In this document: one piece after another, positions 57,902 through 64,000 of the stretch
Layout: every line of letters starts with the position of its first letter
Position numbering within the stretch: the first letter of the stretch is position 1
From: Schizochytrium sp. TIO01
Lineage: Eukaryota; Protista; Bigyra: Labyrinthulomycetes
DNA: 64,000 nucleotides
Reading direction: 5' to 3'
Assembly: GCA_004764695.1 (NCBI GenBank)
Contig: SMSO01000032.1
Location: 3,876,483-3,940,482 of the forward strand
Notes under the pieces: model-generated
Databases searched by the model: none
Told to the model about the DNA's origin: nothing
The model's input: only the letters and a program-made list of their open reading frames with translations
Made by a program: the position numbers and the translations under genes

Positions 57902-59125
57902 ATGTCCACAATCGATGGTCAACGGTCCATGGCTACAGCACTGGCAGCAACAACAGGCGCACTGAAAGACAGAGATCTAGGGGCGTATCCGATATCTAAA
58001 TATACAAGCTCCTTAAGATCATCTGCTTCATCACACGCGATAAGCTCCTATTCAAGCTCGGATGTTCGTGCGCAATGCACCGATGGCGTCCAACGATGGA
58101 ATCTACGTGACTTTGAGATTGGCAAAGCATTAGGTAGAGGAAAGTATGGAATCGTCTATCGGGCCAAAGTCAAACGTACCAAACAAATTGTTGCTTTGAA
58201 AGTACTAGATAAGGAACAGCTTCAGCGCGACGATATGTATTCGCAGCTAAGGCAAGAAGTTGAGATTCACTCCAGGCTAAAACATCCAAACATACTTCAG
58301 CTGTTTGGCTATTTTTATGATCCTAAACGGGTCTATCTTATCCTAGAGTATGCTGCAGGAGGAGAACTCTATAAAATTATGAAGAAACAACCAGACGGCA
58401 AGTTCGATGAGAAAACAGCAGCACACTACATAGCGCAGCTCGCCAGTGCTCTGAGTTATTGCCATAGTTTTAACGTAATCCATCGCGACGTAAAACCTGA
58501 GAACCTTTTGATTTCACAGGATGGCTTGCTGAAGCTTGCCGATTTTGGTTGGGCTGCGCATGACCGCCGCGGATACAATGGATACATGAGTACAGCTAGA
58601 TTGCATGTACGGGGAGGGATTAGCGCATGTCCTGAAGAGAATGACCGCATGGCAAGCATAAATCATGGAAATCGCCGTACAACGATGTGTGGTACGCTAG
58701 ATTATCTTGCACCTGAGATGGTACATGGAAAAGCATATGATGAGACTGTGGACAACTGGACAGTAGGCGTTTTGGCTTACGAGCTTTTGGTCGGTGTACC
58801 TCCCTTCGAACCTTCACCTGCAGATGAGATGGCAAGTGCTGGAGCCATGGCAGGGACCCCGTACAGTCATCTGAATACACCAGTTGGAGGAAGTGCGCAT
58901 TACAGTGGACTCCTTGCTACACCACAGAGTTGTGTTTCAGATAACAATGAAGCAACCTTCCGCAAAATTAGCTCTCTTGACTACCGCTTTCCAAGTCATG
59001 TAAGTCCGGAGGCAAAAGATATGATTCGTCGCCTTTTACACAAGCATGCAGAACGCAGACTTAGCCTTTTCGAGGTGCTGCGTCATCCATGGATTCAACG
59101 GCACATTGAACTTCCCGAAGCATGA
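57902..59125 (+). CDS. Aurora kinase with two large loop insertions
   Basis: WNLRDFEIGKALGRGKYG, VALKVL, QLRQEVEIHSRLKHPNILQLFGYFYD, HRDVKPEN, DFGW, RRTTMCGTLDYLAPEM, C-terminal RLSL..VLRHPWI. Confidence 0.92.
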   Translation: MSTIDGQRSMATALAATTGALKDRDLGAYPISKYTSSLRSSASSHAISSYSSSDVRAQCTDGVQRWNLRDFEIGKALGRGKYGIVYRAKVKRTKQIVALKVLDKEQLQRDDMYSQLRQEVEIHSRLKHPNILQLFGYFYDPKRVYLILEYAAGGELYKIMKKQPDGKFDEKTAAHYIAQLASALSYCHSFNVIHRDVKPENLLISQDGLLKLADFGWAAHDRRGYNGYMSTARLHVRGGISACPEENDRMASINHGNRRTTMCGTLDYLAPEMVHGKAYDETVDNWTVGVLAYELLVGVPPFEPSPADEMASAGAMAGTPYSHLNTPVGGSAHYSGLLATPQSCVSDNNEATFRKISSLDYRFPSHVSPEAKDMIRRLLHKHAERRLSLFEVLRHPWIQRHIELPEA

Positions 59126-59353
59126 GTCTCTCTTCAGGAATATACATATATATTTCAAGAGGAAGTGCAGTACTTGCTTCAGATATAAGCAAAATCGATC
59201 GGATAAGTTCATACGTTGCACTAATATGTTTCATGCGAGATTCCTCATAAATAGAATACTTTAAGATGTACTAGATAAGATGCACTGCATTAATAGATTA
59301 GATGAATATGCTAATGATATTATAAAATTTTATTCAGGTTCTCGAGAGTTGAT

Positions 59354-61807
59354 TTATTTCATTTTATAGTACTTGTTTGTTTTCGGGCAGAAATAGCATT
59401 CGAGAATAGGATCGAAAACGAGATCAAGTTCTCCTCCGGCTTCATCTCCATTCTCGCATCCTTCATTCGCTTCACTCACTTTTGAAGAGGCACTTCGACT
59501 GCTGCTTTTCTTCTTGATTACAGGTTCTTTGCTTTCCTCTTCCACGTCATCATCACCACGAATTGGTGTTGCAAGATGATCCCCGTCTTGGTTCTTTACC
59601 TCAGCTGTGGAGCTTAGTTGCTTAAGCGCCCCAGAAATTGTCGACTTTAGAAATTGGGCGCTTAATTCATCAATAGGGTTTTGTGCATTTGTGTCTGATT
59701 TTACTTTTGATGAAGACTTGGAGGTCGAGGTTGGAGTAGCACGACTAGCGGAAGAACGATGTGAGCTCAGAACGGCCTCCTCCTCCTCGTCAAGACGTGC
59801 TTCCATTTTTGCAAGTTCCTCGCGCTCTCGCGCTAGCTTAACACGGAGATCGCTTTTGATCGGCGAGTCTAATGTTCCAGACAACTCAGCAAGGTCACCA
59901 CCATCCAACTCAAAGTCAGCTTCAGCAGGTTCTCCAAGTGAAATTTCATCATCCTCATCCAAGACATCTCCCTCTCTGTCAGCTAGTGCTTCATGACCTT
60001 CTCTTACGTCATGGTCCAGCTCATCTTCGTCTTGTGTGAGATTGAGATCCTCGTTGTACACTTCACTTCGTTCGAAACTTGTGTTACTCGCAATTTGCTG
60101 TTCGCCATCGTTCTCAGCATAAATCCCGTCGTCATCATTGACGTTAACGTTACTGTCATCATCGCTAAGTTCACTGTAGTTATCATCTTGCTGGTTAGCT
60201 GCTGGGAGTCCCTCATACAAGTGTCTTTGATTATGTAGGAAGGTAGATTCTTCCTCCTCTTCTTCTCTCCCCTCTCCCTCGTTCTCCGACTGAGTATCAT
60301 GATTGTCGTGAATATCAACATAGCCAGAAGAAGTAGTTGGGTAATTTTTATGGCTTTCTCCAGGATGTTGACTTTGAAATTCCTTGCCCACCGGTGAAAG
60401 CGGGGAGTTCGCAACGTATTCCTCATAGACATGTTCAGCTTCGCATTGCACTTGGTCGCACGTCTTCTTCTGACGAAGCGTGGAGCGTGAAGAGCTCATG
60501 CTTGCCCTGGCACTAATCGGTTCATTCTCTTGATTAGATGAGCGCGGACCTGCAGAGGACTTTTGCGAGTGCATGCTTCGGGAACTAGGTTGCCCACTTG
60601 ATGGCCTTTCCTCACGTATTGGTAACTTCAAGGATAACTTACGAGGGGATGGTGTACCTCCTTTTGCAGCCTTAGCCCGCGCGATGGCAGGCAAACTTCC
60701 AATGCGGAGACCTGAACGGCGTGCAGACGGTGGTCCATCCTCCTCTACGCGGCCAAAGTTCGATGCATTATCCTCCTCATCTGTAGACGCGCCTCTTAAG
60801 CGCCTGACACTAGTTGGCGTGGCAGATGCTTGCTTGGGGGTACCTGAAGATAAAGGTGTGTTCGTTTGAGGTACAGAGCCGTGCTGATTATTTCCACGTC
60901 GAGTCTCCAAAAGCCGTCTTGTGCGTGGGCTTTCAGTAGACATCCTAGTTCCCAGCGTAGAGTTACTTCGCGCCGACGCTGGAGGTCCAGCCGGTGACGG
61001 TCTCGATCGCAGAAGCTTTTTCGCTTGTGTTCTAGTTTGCGACATCTCACTCCGAGGCGAGTGATGTTCAACTCCATGTACGCTCTCCCAGGCGTAGACG
61101 GCGGTCATTGTGAAGAAAACCGTTGGTGGGTTCACGACAATTGTACTCGGAAATTGAAGCTGTCGCGGAATTGGTGCAAGTATGCGACTCCCACTCTCGA
61201 TACCATGCATTCCTGGTGGTTGGTCCTTCAACGTGAACAGTCGACGAGCTCGGCAAGTGCCATGCAAAACGATCTGCTCAAGGGCTCTGAAGTTGATACT
61301 TGGAAAATTAGAAGATACTATCTCTTGCATGTCCATGCAAAGCGTAAGCCAGCTGCCACGCGGAACTACTGTGTCATCGCGCAAGTCTTCGCTCTCGCCA
61401 AATTGTGCGTCGTAAACTGCTCCCAGCGGTAGCTGCACGTGCAAAGGGTGCGCCGTGATATTCCGAAATGCGGAGGAAATCACAAGGCGACGTCGTGTTC
61501 GTTGTGAGTCTGTGATAGTTAGCTCGATGCCGAAAGGATCTGCAGATGCTGGAAGAGCTATTTGCATGGCCAAAAATCTCTGTGTGAGTCCAAGGCTCTT
61601 TCGAGTGGCGGTTTTGCCTGGAAATTCAACTTTGCAGGTGGGGCCTCCATCGCAGACCAGAGCGTAGCTTTTAATATCCTTGTCAAATTCTCTACGAACT
61701 CTCCCACTCACGCCAACACCTTGTTTCCGAAGAGGGTCAGTGCCCTGTGCAGAGAAGATTTCGCACGAAGGCCCTCCTTGAAACCGCGAGGCTCCTGCGG
61801 TGCTCAT
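59354..61807 (-). CDS. CFAP20DC: CFAP20-domain-containing protein (CFAP20DC/C3orf67-like)
   Basis: N-terminal FQGG..EIFSAQG.DP, KSLGLTQRFLAMQI, F.IEL.ITD...RRRL, HVQLPL, W.TLC.D, CRARRLFTLK. Long disordered middle. C-terminal LDLVFDPILECYFCPKTNKYY motif typical of this family. Confidence 0.85.
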   Translation of the reverse strand: MSTAGASRFQGGPSCEIFSAQGTDPLRKQGVGVSGRVRREFDKDIKSYALVCDGGPTCKVEFPGKTATRKSLGLTQRFLAMQIALPASADPFGIELTITDSQRTRRRLVISSAFRNITAHPLHVQLPLGAVYDAQFGESEDLRDDTVVPRGSWLTLCMDMQEIVSSNFPSINFRALEQIVLHGTCRARRLFTLKDQPPGMHGIESGSRILAPIPRQLQFPSTIVVNPPTVFFTMTAVYAWESVHGVEHHSPRSEMSQTRTQAKKLLRSRPSPAGPPASARSNSTLGTRMSTESPRTRRLLETRRGNNQHGSVPQTNTPLSSGTPKQASATPTSVRRLRGASTDEEDNASNFGRVEEDGPPSARRSGLRIGSLPAIARAKAAKGGTPSPRKLSLKLPIREERPSSGQPSSRSMHSQKSSAGPRSSNQENEPISARASMSSSRSTLRQKKTCDQVQCEAEHVYEEYVANSPLSPVGKEFQSQHPGESHKNYPTTSSGYVDIHDNHDTQSENEGEGREEEEEESTFLHNQRHLYEGLPAANQQDDNYSELSDDDSNVNVNDDDGIYAENDGEQQIASNTSFERSEVYNEDLNLTQDEDELDHDVREGHEALADREGDVLDEDDEISLGEPAEADFELDGGDLAELSGTLDSPIKSDLRVKLAREREELAKMEARLDEEEEAVLSSHRSSASRATPTSTSKSSSKVKSDTNAQNPIDELSAQFLKSTISGALKQLSSTAEVKNQDGDHLATPIRGDDDVEEESKEPVIKKKSSSRSASSKVSEANEGCENGDEAGGELDLVFDPILECYFCPKTNKYYKMK

Positions 61808-63132
61808 GGCAGCGAATCTCGATCGACTGCCAGCGTAACAGTCTCAAAGGCCTCAAGCCTCGCAAAAGCTGTGCGTGAAGTCAAGCTTACGATTGTAAGG
61901 CGAAACAAAAACTGTCTCGCCTTAAAGATTTGCACAAGTTTGAGCCGGCGAGTTATGACTTTGTCTGCTGTTTATGAACTCATTACTTGTCAGTAATCAT
62001 TGCTAGTACATAAAAAGGAATTGCTCAACGTCCCTTTTTTGTACACTAGGTACCACTATCACACAACATGTCGCTTCTGCAAGTACTGTTGCTGCCAGTG
62101 CCAATATAACCATAAGAACCATTTTGCGACAAGCGAACGCGGATTTTCACTTATCCGAGACAAATGAGCACGCTATGTGTTGTTTCTACCAACGTGGACT
62201 TCACTGGTTCATACTAGGAGATTGTAATTTATAGCCTGTAGAACAAATCAAGGGAGCTGGAAAAAGGGGTGAAATAGAAAACATGAACTTGCATTCACTT
62301 AAATGATCAGTTTCCTGGTTCAAGAGGGGTCCAATTGTAGATGCCAAAATATGTAAACGACGATCAATGAAGACTAAGTGTCGCGTCATTCTCCTGACTG
62401 GATAGATATACAGTCAGATGACTTGAACATATAGCACAAAGTAAGCACGAGTGGAGGTTGTTCAATTAGTAGAACTACTTAGAGCGGTGCAAAGGTAGCA
62501 CATTTCTGTCAAAAGTGGTGTCTACATGATCAGCGAGTGGAAGAAGCTTACCAAACAATAGTCAAGCCAAGGTTAAGAGAGATGCCATAAGTGATTAAGA
62601 TTTTCATCGTGCTTAAATTTCAAGCATTTATAGAATTTATAGAAGAATAAAAACCCGATTGTTCATCCATTTATTCCAATTTGATCATTGAATGATGCTG
62701 TTTTCCTTTTCAGATGCGACTTGCTGGTTCTTAGGTACTACGTTTGCCTGCTACGTTGACCAACATGCGTATCAAGCTCGTCATCGTGAATCAGTGGTAA
62801 ATTTTACGTTCATCGCGTGGACTACGACAATAGCTGCGATGGTGCATACACACAGATGAATTTGGCCGCAAATATTCTATTGCGCCCAAAGAGCCTGGAG
62901 CCAGCTTTTTAGGATCACCATACTTCTCACATTGCCAAGCATGTAGATCCGTAAGTGATCGAAGAAACTCATTTGTCATCTACCAGGAATAACATTTCAA
63001 AGACACCAGAAATTGCCATATAAGGTCCTTTTTACAGAGTAGTTTGTAACCCTTGAGTGGATGGAAATAAACACAATCAGCTCATGCTTGACCGAGTGTC
63101 TAACTTACTGCAGTAGAACATGCTATATTGCA

Positions 63133-63136
<4 letters not shown>

Positions 63137-63171
<35 letters not shown>
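63137..63171. repeat. (AG)n microsatellite followed by a purine-rich tract
   Basis: Directly visible, downstream of the last gene. Confidence 0.9.
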
Positions 63172-63175
<4 letters not shown>

Positions 63176-63276
63176 AAGAAAGAAAGGAAAGAAGGGAAAA
63201 GAAAAGAAGAACAGAATGATGATCAAATGAAATGCAACAACGACTGGATGGAGATATAATTTGGTTGAGTAGGTAT

Positions 63277-63999
63277 TTATGCAGTGATGGCTGCCCAAAG
63301 GTGGGAAAGACTGAGTGCAGCGACAACTACCAGACAGGTATTCACAAAGTCGTGACCACGATTGACCATATTGAGAGCGAAGGAAATTGCACAAACATCC
63401 CAACGCACATACATGAGCACAAAGAGCGCGCTGACGCTCGCAACAGCCATGAGGAGCTTTTGTAGAGACAAGAGCATGCTCTGCGACATGATGTTCTTTT
63501 TAACCAATGTTTGAAGGAAAAATTCCATCACATAGCTGCAATTCAAAGATAGCCAATAAAGTCGAAACAACGGAGCTCGAACGAAAGTGCGATCTTCGGG
63601 AGTGCTGAGCGCAGCTGACACGTTTACACCATGTAACAAGGCATGCTTGTAGAACACATATTGCCATTTCTTAACACGATACATTAGAACCTCCAGGGAA
63701 TAATCACGCAATGGAATGTCCGTATAGTTCTTGGAGAAACTGTTCACTGGGAAGTAGCCTCGCACAAGCCACGGCGCCGTAACAAGAAGTAGCAAAGTCA
63801 TGTCTTGCCAAAATGGCCTTCCTCCATCTGTGTCCAAAATATGGAGGTAGGAGATTTGTAAAAGGTTTAATCCCTGATAAAACGAGTGCTCGATCATCTC
63901 GGAAAAGGTCACGGTTGTAGTTTTCTCGAGCGTTCCGGAGGCACGGTTTTTCACACGTTCGTGGTAGCGAAAATCAAACGCAGCTGTGAGGGTCACCGC
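63277..63999 (-). CDS. Partial (5' end outside the window) multipass membrane protein of unknown function
   Basis: Frame open to the window edge; several hydrophobic segments; motifs EMIEHSFYQGLN, KKWQYVFYKHALLHG, YVMEFFLQTLVKK look conserved but could not be assigned. Confidence 0.7.
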   Translation of the reverse strand, partial: AVTLTAAFDFRYHERVKNRASGTLEKTTTVTFSEMIEHSFYQGLNLLQISYLHILDTDGGRPFWQDMTLLLLVTAPWLVRGYFPVNSFSKNYTDIPLRDYSLEVLMYRVKKWQYVFYKHALLHGVNVSAALSTPEDRTFVRAPLFRLYWLSLNCSYVMEFFLQTLVKKNIMSQSMLLSLQKLLMAVASVSALFVLMYVRWDVCAISFALNMVNRGHDFVNTCLVVVAALSLSHLWAAITA

Positions 64000-64000
64000 A

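Noticed and set aside
58832-58940. Possible GC-AG intron (GCAAGT...TTTCAG) in Aurora
   Set aside because: Length 109 nt would frameshift the conserved C-terminal kinase subdomains.
1-64000. tRNA, rRNA, snRNA genes or intact transposons
   Set aside because: No cloverleaf, rRNA or snRNA signature, transposase or reverse transcriptase ORF recognised by eye; a covariance-model scan would be needed to exclude small RNAs.

Overview
Eukaryotic nuclear DNA: intron-poor, rich in microsatellites, with long intergenic gaps and GT-AG introns near gene 5' ends. Gene style and content suggest a heterotrophic flagellate protist, plausibly a thraustochytrid/labyrinthulomycete stramenopile; this is inference, not proven from the sequence. 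About 17 protein-coding genes are supported: a Cdc1/MPPE1-like metallophosphoesterase, a type II membrane EEP-family hydrolase, a FAM151/menorin-like phosphodiesterase, a RanBP1-cystatin fusion, a CaMKK-like kinase, a type II membrane protein, a G3BP-like NTF2-RRM protein (2 exons), mitoribosomal mS35 and bL17m, tandem-duplicated ATP phosphofructokinase, PEX16, a hypothetical protein, an F-box/CDK-like/cyclin triple fusion, a UBAC2/Dsc2-like protein (3 exons), Aurora kinase, CFAP20DC, and a partial multipass membrane protein. No rRNA, tRNA, CRISPR array or intact mobile element was recognised. The top candidate for an undescribed system is the single-ORF 1030-aa protein at 48917-52009. It joins an F-box, a CDK1/2-like domain with catalytic-site substitutions (HRD>HRN, N>H, DFG>DFA, Y15>E) and an A/B-type cyclin, and may be an SCF adaptor built from a self-contained pseudo-CDK/cyclin complex. 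The second candidate is a complete RanBP1, including its NES, with a cystatin domain appended. All family calls come from motif recognition by eye; no database searches were run.
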